Below, in pieces: positions 9,689 through 19,092 of a DNA stretch of 64,000 nucleotides (its first letter is position 1; every line of letters begins with the position of its first letter). Under the pieces are notes generated by a model. That model saw only the letters and a list, made by a program, of their open reading frames with translations, searched no databases and had not been told where the DNA came from. Origin of the DNA: an uncultured Candidatus Binatia bacterium (GTDB taxonomy: Bacteria; Desulfobacterota; Binatia; UBA9968; JAJDTQ01); assembly GCA_965242525.1 (NCBI GenBank), contig OZ251459.1, positions 3,360,001 through 3,424,000 of the forward strand. Reading direction: 5' to 3'. The position numbers and the translations under genes are program-made.

Positions 9689-11203
9689 ATGCACGACATC
9701 GCGGACGAACACGACCACGACGGACCTTCCCCCGATGACGAGGAAGGACACCCCCTGTGGAAGCTCGACACCATCACCCTCACCAGCGTCGGCATCGACG
9801 TGGGCACGGCGACCTCCCAGATCCTGTTCTCGCGTCTGGTGCTGCGGCGGATGGGACGGGAGTTGTCCAGCCGCTTCGTGGTCACGGACCGGGAGACCCT
9901 CTACCTCTCCCCCATACGCTTCACCCCCTACACCCCGGACCGTGAACGCATCGACGACGCGGCCCTGGGCCGTCTCGTGGACGCCGCCTACGGGGAGGCC
10001 GGCCTCACCCCGGACCACGTGGACACCGGAGCCATCATCCTCACGGGCGAAGCCATCCGCCGGGACAACGCCCGGGCCATTGCCGACCTCTTCGCCGAGC
10101 AGCGGGGAGACTTCGTCTGCGCCACCGCGGGCCACAACTTCGAAGCGTTGCTGGCCGCCCACGGGTCCGGCGCAGTGGCCTGTTCCGCGGAACGGGGATG
10201 CCGCGTCCTCAACATCGACATCGGCGGCGGCACCACCAAGCTGGCCCTGGCCGAGGCCGGGCGGGTGCTCGGCGCCGCGGCCTTCCACGTGGGCGGGCGG
10301 CTGCTCGCCACCGACGGCGACGGGACCATCACCGTGCTGGAGCCGGGGGGCAGGACCCTCGCCCGGCGCGCGGGGCTGGACTGGAACGTGGGCGACCGGG
10401 CCGACCCCGACGACGTCCGGCGGCTGGCCGGCCACATGGCGGACGCGGTCCTGGCCCTCGCCCGGGACGGCGGCGACGCCACGCCCGACCTGGAGCCGCT
10501 CTGGCTGACCCCGCCCCTGGATGGCGGCGGCCAATGCGACGCGGTGGTCTTCTCCGGCGGGGTGGGCGAGTACGTCTATGGCCGGGAGCGCGAGTCCTAC
10601 GGCGACCTGGGGGCGCCGCTGGGCAAGGCGTTGCGGCAACGCATGGACCACGGCGCGTTGCCGGGAAGCCTGGTGGCCGCCCGCGAATGCATCCGGGCCA
10701 CGGTCATGGGCGCGGCCCAGCACACCGTGCAGGTGTCCGGCAACACCATCCACCGCTCGGACGACTCGCTGTTGCCGCGCAAGAACCTCCAGGTCCTGCG
10801 TCCGCAGGTGGACCTGGAAGGCGACATCGACCCCGAAGCCATGGGCCGGACCGTCCGGGACCACTTCCGCGCCTTCGACCTGGTGGAGGGCGAGGCCGAG
10901 GCGGCGCTGGTCTTCGCGTGGCAGGGACCGCCCGCAGCCGCCCGCCTCGCAGCGTTCTGCCGCGGCCTGCTGGCGGGCCTGCCGGCCACCGTGGAGCGGA
11001 GACGCCCCCTCTACCTGGTGTTCGACCACGACATGGCCGGCCTCGTGGGCACGGTGCTGAAGCAGGATTTCGGCATCGAGGCCCCCGTCCTGGCCCTGGA
11101 CGGGGTCACCCTCCGGGACTTCGACTTCATCGACCTGGGCAGGGTGCTGGAGCCTTCGGGCGCCGTCCCCGTCACCATCAAGTCGCTGGTGTTCCGGTTC
11201 TAG
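9689..11203 (+). CDS. EutA-like reactivating factor (ASKHA ATPase)
   Basis: SVGIDVGTATSQ, NIDIGGGTTK, FSGGVGEY, IRATVMGA and C-terminal VPVTIKSLVF, typical of EutA. Confidence 0.8.
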   Translation: MHDIADEHDHDGPSPDDEEGHPLWKLDTITLTSVGIDVGTATSQILFSRLVLRRMGRELSSRFVVTDRETLYLSPIRFTPYTPDRERIDDAALGRLVDAAYGEAGLTPDHVDTGAIILTGEAIRRDNARAIADLFAEQRGDFVCATAGHNFEALLAAHGSGAVACSAERGCRVLNIDIGGGTTKLALAEAGRVLGAAAFHVGGRLLATDGDGTITVLEPGGRTLARRAGLDWNVGDRADPDDVRRLAGHMADAVLALARDGGDATPDLEPLWLTPPLDGGGQCDAVVFSGGVGEYVYGRERESYGDLGAPLGKALRQRMDHGALPGSLVAARECIRATVMGAAQHTVQVSGNTIHRSDDSLLPRKNLQVLRPQVDLEGDIDPEAMGRTVRDHFRAFDLVEGEAEAALVFAWQGPPAAARLAAFCRGLLAGLPATVERRRPLYLVFDHDMAGLVGTVLKQDFGIEAPVLALDGVTLRDFDFIDLGRVLEPSGAVPVTIKSLVFRF

Positions 11204-11315
11204 GCCCATATCCCTTCTCGAAGAGAATCTTGCATCTCCGATCCCCTCTTCGAAGGAGGTTCCGTATCTCAGCGCCAACGGACAGACGGCTGAACGTGGC
11301 GGGCCGAGAGCGGGA

Positions 11316-12086
11316 GTGAAGACGATGGGAATCCTTGTGGAAAAGACCGGCCGTGCGGCCTCCCTGGTCATCGACCGGCCGCCCCTGAACGTGCTCGACT
11401 TGGCCTTGCTGCGGGAACTGCGGCAGGCCCTCGACGAGGTGGAGCGGGACGACGGGGTGGACCTCGTGACCATGAGGGGCGCGGGCGAACGCGCGTTCTC
11501 GGCCGGCGTGGACGTGAAGGACCACACCCGCGCCCAGGTCCCCGAGATGCTCGACCTGGTGCACGGCGTCGTACGGAAGCTCTTGAGCCTCCCTCAGCCC
11601 ACGGTTGCGGTGGTGGACGGCCTCTGCCTGGGCGGAGGCTGCGAGCTGGCTTCGTCCTGCGACCTGGTCCTTGCCAGCGAAGAGAGCGTGTTCGCCACGC
11701 CCGAGATCACGGTGGGCTGCTTCCCGCCGGTGGCGCTGGCCCGGTTCTCCTCGCAGGTGGGGTATCACCGGGCCGCGGAGATGATACTCACGGGCCGCCG
11801 CCTGTCGGCCCATGAAGCCGCGTCCATGGGGCTGGTGAACCGCGTGGCGCCGCGAGACCGGCTGCCCCGGGCGCTGGCGGAGCTCCAAGACGACCTCCTG
11901 GACAAGAGCCAAGCGGTGCTGCGCATCACCCTCAAGGGCCTGCGGGAGACCGGCCTCGAGGGTCTCTCCGCGGCCTTGGCGCGTTCCGAACGGATCTACC
12001 TGGAAGAGTTGCTGGAGACCGAAGACGTGGAGGAAGGCGTCCGCGCCTTCGTGGAGAAGCGCAAGCCCAAGTGGCGGCACCGTTGA
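11316..12086 (+). CDS. Enoyl-CoA hydratase/isomerase (crotonase family)
   Basis: [34 protein letters not shown]. Confidence 0.9.
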   Translation: MKTMGILVEKTGRAASLVIDRPPLNVLDLALLRELRQALDEVERDDGVDLVTMRGAGERAFSAGVDVKDHTRAQVPEMLDLVHGVVRKLLSLPQPTVAVVDGLCLGGGCELASSCDLVLASEESVFATPEITVGCFPPVALARFSSQVGYHRAAEMILTGRRLSAHEAASMGLVNRVAPRDRLPRALAELQDDLLDKSQAVLRITLKGLRETGLEGLSAALARSERIYLEELLETEDVEEGVRAFVEKRKPKWRHR

Positions 12087-12288
12087 GGAACCCCCGGACA
12101 TGGAGGGCTGATTCCCCGACCCTCCCGTCCCCGGTTCGTCCTCGTCCCCGTTCGTCCCGAGCGTAGCGAAGCAAAGGAACCTCTGAAAAATGGCTCTTCC
12201 GGCTTTCGTGTGGGTAAGGTAGAAGGGAAAGGGAAGCGACATCTCCGCGGACACTCACCCCGTCATTCCCGCAAACGCCCCACCCTCC

Positions 12289-12313
12289 GTCATTCCCGCG
12301 AAAGCGGGAATCC
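12289..12313. repeat. Palindromic repeat family B (GTCATTCCCGCGAAAGCGGGAATCC; ATTCCC-N8-GGGAAT)
   Basis: Copies at 12518-12542, 17455-17479, 32085-32109 and 32844-32867. Confidence 0.85.
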
Positions 12314-12343
12314 ATCCACTTTCCTCGCTCTCGTTGTACAAAC

Positions 12344-12474
12344 GGAACCCCTGAACAATCGGATAGAGGCAAGGCCCGTCCTTCGACTCCGCTACGCTAC
12401 GCTCAGGACGAACGGAAATAGGGGCGTCAGGGTGAGGGAATCCATCCTGTATGTCTCGATTGTTCAGAGGCCCC
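12344..12474 (-). mobile_element. MITE family D copy nested inside the family C MITE
   Basis: 18-bp imperfect inverted ends GGAACCCCTGAACAATCG / CGATTGTTCAGAGGCCCC, flanked by AAAC on both sides. Carries family A repeat 12378-12415. Confidence 0.65.
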
Positions 12475-12756
12475 AAACCCTCATACAGGGCGCCCACGGA
12501 GTTTGCTCGCAAGGTCTGGATTCCCGCTTTCGCGGGAATGACGTGAAGGGGCTTTCGCGGGAATGACGAGGCAGGGCTTTCACGGGGAGGATGAAATGGG
12601 GAGTGTCGCAACCCACACGAATTCCGGAAGCGCCTGAAAAATCGAGACATGGAGCATGGGTTCCTTCACCCTGACCCCTATCTCCGTTCGTCCTGAGCGT
12701 AGCGAAGCGAAGTCGAAGGACGCGCTCATGCTCCCCCTGTCCCGATTGCGCGACGG

Positions 12757-13755
12757 TCAGGCGGGTTGGCTGGCCAGCGTCCGGCGCACCGCGGCAACGA
12801 TGTCGTCCTTGCCCGGCACGAACCGGCCCTCCAGGGGCGGGGAGCAGGGGACCGGCGCGTTGGGCGCGGCGACCCGGAGGATCGGAGCGTCCAGGTAGTA
12901 GAGGGCTTGCTCCTGGACCCGGGCGGCGACCTCGGCGCCGACGCCGCCCTGCTCCACCGCCTCGTGGGCCACGATGAGCCTCGACGTCTTCCTCACCGAG
13001 TCCACCAGGGTCTCCACGTCCAGCGGCGCCAGACTGCGGAGGTCGATGACCTCCACGGAGACGCCTTCCCCGGCCAGCGCTTCGGCCGCTTCCAGGGCCG
13101 GCGCGACCATGTGGGAGAGCGCGGCCACGGTGGCATCGGCGCCGGACCGGAGCACCGCGGCCTTGCCCAAAGGCAGGCTGCCGCGGTCCTCCGGGACCGG
13201 CCCGCGGGAGAAGTAGAGGCCCCGGTGCTCGATGAACAGCACCGGGTTGTCGTCGCGGACCGCGGCCTTCAGCAGCCCTTCGGCGTCCGCGGGACTCGAC
13301 GGCATGACCGCCTTCAGGCCGGGCACGTGCAGGAACCACGACTCCAGGCTCTGGGAATGGTGCGCGCCCATGTTGCCCTTGACCCCGCACTGGACCCGCA
13401 CGGTCAGGGGCACTTTCAGTTGTCCGCCCGACATGTAGTGCAGCTTGGCCGCGTGGTTCACGAGCTGGTCCATGGCCAGCGTGATGAAGTCCACGAACAT
13501 GACCTCCACCACCGGACGCAGCCCGGACAGGGCCGCGCCGACGGCGATGCCCATGACCGCGCCTTCGCTGATGGGAGTGTTCACCACGCGGTGGCCGCCC
13601 AGTTCCTCGGCGATGCCCCGGGTGACCCCGAACGGTCCTCCCAGGGCCACGTCCTCGCCAAAGACGTACACCGATGCGTCCCGCCTCATCTCCGCCAGCA
13701 ACCCCGCGCGGACCGCTTCCAGGTAGCTCATTTCCGGCATACGGACCTCAAGCAT
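12757..13755 (-). CDS. TPP-dependent 2-oxoacid/acetoin dehydrogenase E1 beta subunit
   Basis: VFGEDV, NTPISE, RPVVEVMF.DF, HHSQS, EVIDLRSL.PLD. Start may be 13740. Confidence 0.9.
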   Translation of the reverse strand: MLEVRMPEMSYLEAVRAGLLAEMRRDASVYVFGEDVALGGPFGVTRGIAEELGGHRVVNTPISEGAVMGIAVGAALSGLRPVVEVMFVDFITLAMDQLVNHAAKLHYMSGGQLKVPLTVRVQCGVKGNMGAHHSQSLESWFLHVPGLKAVMPSSPADAEGLLKAAVRDDNPVLFIEHRGLYFSRGPVPEDRGSLPLGKAAVLRSGADATVAALSHMVAPALEAAEALAGEGVSVEVIDLRSLAPLDVETLVDSVRKTSRLIVAHEAVEQGGVGAEVAARVQEQALYYLDAPILRVAAPNAPVPCSPPLEGRFVPGKDDIVAAVRRTLASQPA

Positions 13756-14740
13756 AGACTTGGGTTGCGGCCTCCCGGGGCTTGGGCCAGGGAGACGAAA
13801 GGGCGAACCGCGCGGCTTCCTCCACCAGCGCCCGGGCGTCGCTCTCCGCCTCCTCCAGGTCCTTCGGGGAAGCGGCTTTCCTCCGCTTCAGGACGCGGGT
13901 GAAGCGGGCGATGGGGTCCTTCTTCTTCCAGTCGGCCAGCCGAGACAGCTCCCGGTACTTGCCGGGGTCGCCCTCGTAGTGCCCCCGGAGACGGTAGGTC
14001 AGGCATTCGACGAACGCGGGACCCTTGCCCCCGCGGGCGCCGCGCACCGCCCGGTCCAGGGCGCCGCGCACCGCCAGGACATCGTTGCCGTCCACGGTGG
14101 CCGCGGAGATGTCGTAGGTCTCCGCATGCCGGGCGAGCCGCTCCACCCGCGTGTGGGCGGACAGCGGCGTGAACTCGGCGTAGCCGTTGTTCTCGCACAC
14201 GAAGACCACCGGAAGCCGCCACAGGCTGGCGATGTTCAGGGACTCGTGGAAGGGGCCGGCCTGGCCGGCGCCGTCGCCGAAGAACACCACCGCCACCCGC
14301 CCGGCGCCCTTCTCCCGGGCCGCGAAGGCCGCGCCCAGGGCCAGCGGCGCCGTGCCCGCCACCACGCCGCTGGCGGTGACGAACCCGGACTCCGCGGCCG
14401 CCACGTGCATGGACCCGCCCTTGCCGCGGCAATAGCCGGTGGCCCTCCCGGCGAGTTCGGCCATGAGCCGGTTCACGTCCGCGCCCTTGGCGATGGCGTG
14501 CCCGTGGGACCGGTGGCCGCCGAAGACCGTGTCCTCCCGGTCGAGCACGCTGCACGCCCCCACCGCCACCGCCTCCTGCCCGATGCCGAGATGGAGCAGG
14601 CCCACGATCTCCCGGGCCGCGTAGAGCGCGGACACCTTCTCCTCGAAGGCGCGGATCACCCACATGCGCCGGAGCAGCGACACCAGGTCCCGGTCACCGT
14701 CCCGGCGCGCCGCGGAACGCCCTTGCCCGGTTGCCTTCAT
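13748..14740 (-). CDS. TPP-dependent dehydrogenase E1 alpha subunit
   Basis: HLGIGQEA, GKGGSMH, GDGA..ENN TPP motif, TYRLRGH. Confidence 0.9.
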   Translation of the reverse strand: MKATGQGRSAARRDGDRDLVSLLRRMWVIRAFEEKVSALYAAREIVGLLHLGIGQEAVAVGACSVLDREDTVFGGHRSHGHAIAKGADVNRLMAELAGRATGYCRGKGGSMHVAAAESGFVTASGVVAGTAPLALGAAFAAREKGAGRVAVVFFGDGAGQAGPFHESLNIASLWRLPVVFVCENNGYAEFTPLSAHTRVERLARHAETYDISAATVDGNDVLAVRGALDRAVRGARGGKGPAFVECLTYRLRGHYEGDPGKYRELSRLADWKKKDPIARFTRVLKRRKAASPKDLEEAESDARALVEEAARFALSSPWPKPREAATQVYA

Positions 14741-14741
14741 G

Positions 14742-16280
14742 CTACTCCTTCCGTTGGCTCCGCGGGTCGTCCAGCGGCGTCCTGGGTCCGTCCAGGGCCA
14801 GCCGCCGGAAACGCGCCCGGTCCACCTTGAAGTCGTGGGCGTCGGTCTCCGGCCATTGGTAGAACGCGTCCGGGATCTTGTAGCGCGGCAGGGTCCGCCC
14901 GAGCCAGGCGGCCAGCGCCGCGGCGCCGGGACGCTCCCCCCGTGTCTGCACGAACGCCACGCACCGCTGGCCGAACTCCTCGTCGGGGATGGGCGCCACC
15001 ACCGCCCGGTCCACCCCGTCGTGGTCGGTCAGGGCGCGCTCGATCTCCTCGGGGTGGATGGTCTCGCCGCCGGAGAAGAAGCGGTTGTCGCGCCGGCCGA
15101 TGACCGTCAGGTAGCCGTCCTCGTCCACGCGCCCGAGATCCCCGGTGGCGAACCAGCCGTCCGGGGTCAGGGGACGCATCAGGCTCCCGCCCTCCACGTA
15201 GCCCATGAACAGGGTCTCTCCGGCCAACTGGATCTCCCCCTCGCCGCCGATCCGGAGGCGGCGGTACGGCAGCAGCTTCCCGGAAGTGAGCCGCTGGGCG
15301 GTGGTGGAACCGGGTCCCGCGGTAGCCACCTGGGAGGCCATCTCGGTGCAGCCGTAGCTGGCGAACACCGGCAGACCGCGAGCGCCCGCCCGTTGCAGCA
15401 GTTTCCGCGGGACCGGGCTGCCCCCCAGGACGATGCAGCGGAGCGAAGGGTAGCGCACGGACTCGGGCCGCTGCAACAACCTGTGGAGCTGGGTGGCCAC
15501 CACCGACAGGTGCGTGACCTCGTAACGGTTCAGGACCGCGTCCAAGGTCTCTCCCCGGTCCGGCATCACCACCGCGGCCCCCGCCAGCAGGCAGCGGAAG
15601 AGGATACCGAGCCCGCCCACGTGGTAGAGCGGCAGGTCCAGCAGCCAGCGGTCCCCGGCCGCCAGCGGCAGGTTCCGGTTGGATCCCAGGGCGTTGTAGT
15701 AGTGGTTGCCGTAGGAGTGGAGCACCGCCTTGGGCGCGCCGGTGCTGCCGGAGGTAAAGACGATGGTCGCGGCGCGGCCGAGGGGCATGGCGGAACCCTG
15801 GGTATCCTCGACCAAGGGATCCCTGTCCGCGGCGAATTTGCGGCCGGCATGGGATTCGGCAAGATCCATGTGCGTATCGGCGACCGGCGAGGCTCCGGCC
15901 GCGGCAAGGTCCCGGCCCCGGATCAGGGTCGCGCGGTCTCCGAGCCCCTGCTCGTCCGGGACCTGGGCCACCAGCTTCCGGCAGTCGATGCGCCGCAGCA
16001 GGTCGGCCACCGGGCGGTTGGGCAGGCGGGTGTTCATGGGACAGCACACCGCGCCCAGCCGGAGCAGCGCCAACAGCCAGACGAGGTAGTCCGGGCTGTT
16101 GGGCGCCAGTACGGCCACGCGCTCGCCGGGGGCGCAACCGGCCCGTCGCAGGGCAGCGGCCGCGGCGGCGACGCGGCCGCGGAGTTCGGCGAAGGAGAGG
16201 ACGCGGTCGCCGCGCACCACCGCGGGGCGGTCGCCGGAATGCTCGGCCGCTTCTTCGAGGGGGCAGCGGACCTCAGTCAT
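14742..16280 (-). CDS. menE: o-succinylbenzoate-CoA ligase
   Basis: FTSGSTGAPK AMP-binding motif, LPLYHVGG, SYGCTEMASQ, SGGETIHPEEIE. Adjacent to menC. Confidence 0.88.
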   Translation of the reverse strand: MTEVRCPLEEAAEHSGDRPAVVRGDRVLSFAELRGRVAAAAAALRRAGCAPGERVAVLAPNSPDYLVWLLALLRLGAVCCPMNTRLPNRPVADLLRRIDCRKLVAQVPDEQGLGDRATLIRGRDLAAAGASPVADTHMDLAESHAGRKFAADRDPLVEDTQGSAMPLGRAATIVFTSGSTGAPKAVLHSYGNHYYNALGSNRNLPLAAGDRWLLDLPLYHVGGLGILFRCLLAGAAVVMPDRGETLDAVLNRYEVTHLSVVATQLHRLLQRPESVRYPSLRCIVLGGSPVPRKLLQRAGARGLPVFASYGCTEMASQVATAGPGSTTAQRLTSGKLLPYRRLRIGGEGEIQLAGETLFMGYVEGGSLMRPLTPDGWFATGDLGRVDEDGYLTVIGRRDNRFFSGGETIHPEEIERALTDHDGVDRAVVAPIPDEEFGQRCVAFVQTRGERPGAAALAAWLGRTLPRYKIPDAFYQWPETDAHDFKVDRARFRRLALDGPRTPLDDPRSQRKE

Positions 16281-17364
16281 GCCGCGCCTCGCGCAACAGC
16301 GCGCAGTCGATGCGGTGGTCCCGGGCCAGGTCGTCGTTCCAGGACAGGGCGTCCGGTCGGAACCGGATGCGCGGCCGGACCACGTCGGCGTCGAGCCAGC
16401 GGTAGGTGTCGAGGCCCGCGGGGACTGCCGCGCCGGTGGAGTCCCAGGCGAACCCTGCCACCGCCAGCGTCCCGACGCCGCTCTCGAAACAGCCGCTCGC
16501 CACCGGGCGCACGCCCAGGGCCAGCGCCTTGGCGGCCCATTCCCGGGCCCTTGCCGCGCCGCCCAGGAGCGTGGGCTTCAACACCACCGCGCCCACCTCC
16601 TGGCGTCCTTCCAGGTCGTCGGGTCCGAGCTCCAACAGGCTCTCGTCCAGCCCCACCGGGATGCCGGTGGCGTCGAAGAACTCTCCCAGGCGCGCCGGGT
16701 CGCGCAGGGGCTCCTCCAGGTACTCGACGCCCGCGTCGCCCGCCGCCTTGCCGAAGGCCACCGCCTGCTCCAGGCTCCAGCTCCGGTTGGCGTCCAGCCG
16801 GAGGCTCACGCCTTGCCCCACCGCGGCCCGCACCGCCCGCGTCAACTCCGCGTCTTCCGCCGCCCCTCGACTCCCCACCTTGAGCTTGACCGCGCGGCAA
16901 CCCGCGTCCCCGAGTCGCGCGGCCTGCCGCAGCACTTCCTCCCGGGACCCCATCAGCAGACCGTTGACCGGGACTGCGCCGTCGAAGCCCGGCAACTCCC
17001 CGTCAGTCCCCGTGCGCATGCGCCGCGACAGGCTCGCCAGCGCGGTCTCCAGGCCGAAACGCACCGACGGCGAGGCCGCCTCGGGCGGCTCGCGGCCCAG
17101 CCACGATTCGAGGTCGCCGCCGCCGGGCTCGAACCCCGCGCCTCCCAGACGCCGGGCAAGGGCGGTGAACTCGGCCGCGGCGTCGTCCACGCTCTCGCGG
17201 CTGAACCCGGGCAGCGGCGCCGCGTCGCCCCAACCCCACGCCCCGGAATCCGCCTGCACCCGCACCAGCAGGCCCGTGCGCTCGCGCACCGCCCCGCCCG
17301 CCAGCGGCAGCGGCCGCGCCAGCGGCAGGCGGTAGCGAAAGATCCGGCAGCCCTCGATCCTCAT
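16273..17364 (-). CDS. menC: o-succinylbenzoate synthase
   Basis: Enolase-superfamily motifs: APLPGFSRE, KLKVG, LRLDANRSW, YLEEP, GLDESL, LKP. Confidence 0.88.
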   Translation of the reverse strand: MRIEGCRIFRYRLPLARPLPLAGGAVRERTGLLVRVQADSGAWGWGDAAPLPGFSRESVDDAAAEFTALARRLGGAGFEPGGGDLESWLGREPPEAASPSVRFGLETALASLSRRMRTGTDGELPGFDGAVPVNGLLMGSREEVLRQAARLGDAGCRAVKLKVGSRGAAEDAELTRAVRAAVGQGVSLRLDANRSWSLEQAVAFGKAAGDAGVEYLEEPLRDPARLGEFFDATGIPVGLDESLLELGPDDLEGRQEVGAVVLKPTLLGGAARAREWAAKALALGVRPVASGCFESGVGTLAVAGFAWDSTGAAVPAGLDTYRWLDADVVRPRIRFRPDALSWNDDLARDHRIDCALLREARHD

Positions 17365-17454
17365 GATGCTAAGGTTAGCCAGGCTAGGAGCCTGTCCGAG
17401 TAAGGAATCCTGGATTCCAGGTCAAGCCTAGAATGACCGGACGGAACTTCTCCC

Positions 17455-17479
17455 GTCATTCCCGCGAAAGCGGGAATCC
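17455..17479. repeat. Palindromic repeat family B at the left edge of the island
   Basis: GTCATTCCCGCGAAAGCGGGAATCC, identical to 12289-12313. Confidence 0.85.
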
Positions 17480-17638
17480 AGAGGAAGCGAGCCCCACTTC
17501 CCCGTGGCGGGTCGCTTCCCTTTCATCGTGTTCCATTTTATTTCTCCTTCCCCCTTTTCATTGGCTACTTCGCCAAGTATAATCTGTCTCAAGGGTAAAG
17601 CATGCCCTAACCGATGTCAATACCCGACAGTTTATTTT

Positions 17639-17652
17639 TGTCGAACTCGACA
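17639..17652. promoter_or_regulatory. Candidate operator for the XRE regulator
   Basis: Perfect inverted repeat TGTCGA-AC-TCGACA just before the ATG. Related TGTC..GACA at 17615-17629; TATAAT at 17578-17583. Confidence 0.4.
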
Positions 17653-17659
17653 TTAAAGG

Positions 17660-18010
17660 ATGCTTGCTCTGTCTGAAATCTTTCAACAACGTTTAAGGGC
17701 TGCTAGGGGTACACGCGAATGGAGCCAAAGCGATTTGGCTAAACGCGCGGGTTTGCCGCCTAGCTCGATTGCCCATTTTGAAACCGGACCGCGCAAGCCG
17801 TCTTTCGAAACCCTGCGTCGCTTGGCTAATGCCCTAGAAGTTACGACCGATTATCTTCTAGGGAGAGTCGAAGATCCAGGTCTTGCCGAATCAGGAGATC
17901 CGCTCTTCCGTGATATTGGCAACCTGACCGGCAGTGATCGCGACCTAGCGAGAGACTTCCTCAAAATGTTGACGGAACGCAGTTCGGCTAAGCAAGGGAG
18001 GATCAAATGA
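17660..18010 (+). CDS. XRE-family HTH transcriptional regulator
   Basis: RLRAAR..WSQSDLAKRAGLPPSSIAHFETG.RKPSFETL..LANALEVTTDYLLGR. Confidence 0.9.
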   Translation: MLALSEIFQQRLRAARGTREWSQSDLAKRAGLPPSSIAHFETGPRKPSFETLRRLANALEVTTDYLLGRVEDPGLAESGDPLFRDIGNLTGSDRDLARDFLKMLTERSSAKQGRIK

Positions 18011-18210
18011 ATGTGCCCTTGGTTTAGAGTTAGCCAAAAGGATGGGGGGAGCTATCCAGGGTTTTGAAATTCAACCTTGCCCGTCACCTCTCTTGAAATG
18101 GCAGGACTCCACGATATCGTCTGGAGCCGAAACTCGGCATCGCCACAGGGGTGTCAGGAATGCTGTCTGTACTGGGAAGTCATTTGCTGAGCAGATCGTT
18201 ACCGCTATAA
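18007..18210 (+). pseudogene. Decayed ImmA/IrrE-like metallopeptidase N-terminus
   Basis: ATGA overlap with the XRE stop. Broken frames give LPVTSLEMAGLHDIV and GIATGVSGML, resembling IrrE N-termini. Contains stops and frameshifts; no HExxH is left. Confidence 0.45.
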
Positions 18211-18222
18211 CGGAGTCATCAA

Positions 18223-19092
18223 ATGGCTACGGGAAAAAGCTCGACTGTCTATCGCGCCCTTAGCTTGGGTGCGGGAGCGCAGAGTTCTGTTTTAGCACTC
18301 CTGCTATCTCGATCCGACCCCCATTTAGCTAAGCTTGGGTATCACAAGCCCAATGCCGCCATCTTCGCTGATACCGGATGGGAACCTGAGTATGTGTATC
18401 GTCATTTGGACTGGCTTGAGGGACAGCTTCGGTATCCGCTGATCCGAGTGTCCGAAGGCAATCTGAGGACTAACCTTAAACAGGCCCGCACTGTGTCAGG
18501 TCATCGTTTTGTTGATGTCCCCTTATTCATAGTCGATGGGGACGGCAGGAAAGGGATGTTACGCCGACAGTGCACCACTCACTACAAAATCAGGCCGATT
18601 TATCGACAGATCCGAAAGCTTGCCGGAGGACAGCCTAGTCGACCGTTCCCCAAGGACACCCATGCTGAAATATGGCTCGGGATTTCGCTGGACGAGGTCG
18701 GCCGCATGAAGCCGAGCAAGGAACCGTGGGTAGAACATCGATGGCCGCTGGTGGACATCGGCATGACACGTCAAGATTGTATCGAATGGTTTCAGTCTGA
18801 GTATCCAGACCGCCATCTACCTCGGTCGGCCTGCGTCATTTGCCCGTATCGTTCAGACAAACATTGGTTGGAATTGAAACGACATGAACCTACTAGCTAC
18901 AAAGAGGCTGTGCAATTCGACCGCTGGCTCCGAAGAAGCACCGAGACACCTCTACGCAAACTGCTGAACGGTCGCCCATATCTGCATTCGGCTCGGCGAC
19001 CCCTCGCCAGCGTCATGAAGGAACGGAAGACGGAAGACGTGGGCGATATAAATAACTTCAACAATGAATGCGAGGGTCTCTGTGGTGTCTGA
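18223..19092 (+). CDS. PP-loop / PAPS-reductase-like adenine nucleotide alpha hydrolase with Cys motifs
   Basis: LSLGAGAQSS, IFADTGWE, RQCTTHYKI, RSACVICPY and C-terminal NECEGLCGV. Confidence 0.7.
   Translation: MATGKSSTVYRALSLGAGAQSSVLALLLSRSDPHLAKLGYHKPNAAIFADTGWEPEYVYRHLDWLEGQLRYPLIRVSEGNLRTNLKQARTVSGHRFVDVPLFIVDGDGRKGMLRRQCTTHYKIRPIYRQIRKLAGGQPSRPFPKDTHAEIWLGISLDEVGRMKPSKEPWVEHRWPLVDIGMTRQDCIEWFQSEYPDRHLPRSACVICPYRSDKHWLELKRHEPTSYKEAVQFDRWLRRSTETPLRKLLNGRPYLHSARRPLASVMKERKTEDVGDINNFNNECEGLCGV

Larger units (their letters stand above)
12192..12634. mobile_element. MITE family C with ~24-bp terminal inverted repeats and 8-bp target duplication
   Basis: Left end GGCTCTTCCGGCTTTCGTGTGGGT, right end ACCCACACGAATTCCGGAAGCGCC. 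TGAAAAAT flanks both sides (12184-12191 and 12635-12642). Confidence 0.8.
12176..12748 (+). mobile_element. MITE family D copy, interrupted by the family C MITE
   Basis: Joining 12176-12191 to 12643-12748 gives a sequence matching the reverse complement of 12344-12474. Contains a family A repeat at 12684-12721. Confidence 0.65.

Noticed and set aside
18223-19092. dndC or cysH assignment
   Set aside because: Lacks the SGGKDS motif and the dnd or cys gene context; only fold-level similarity is supported.
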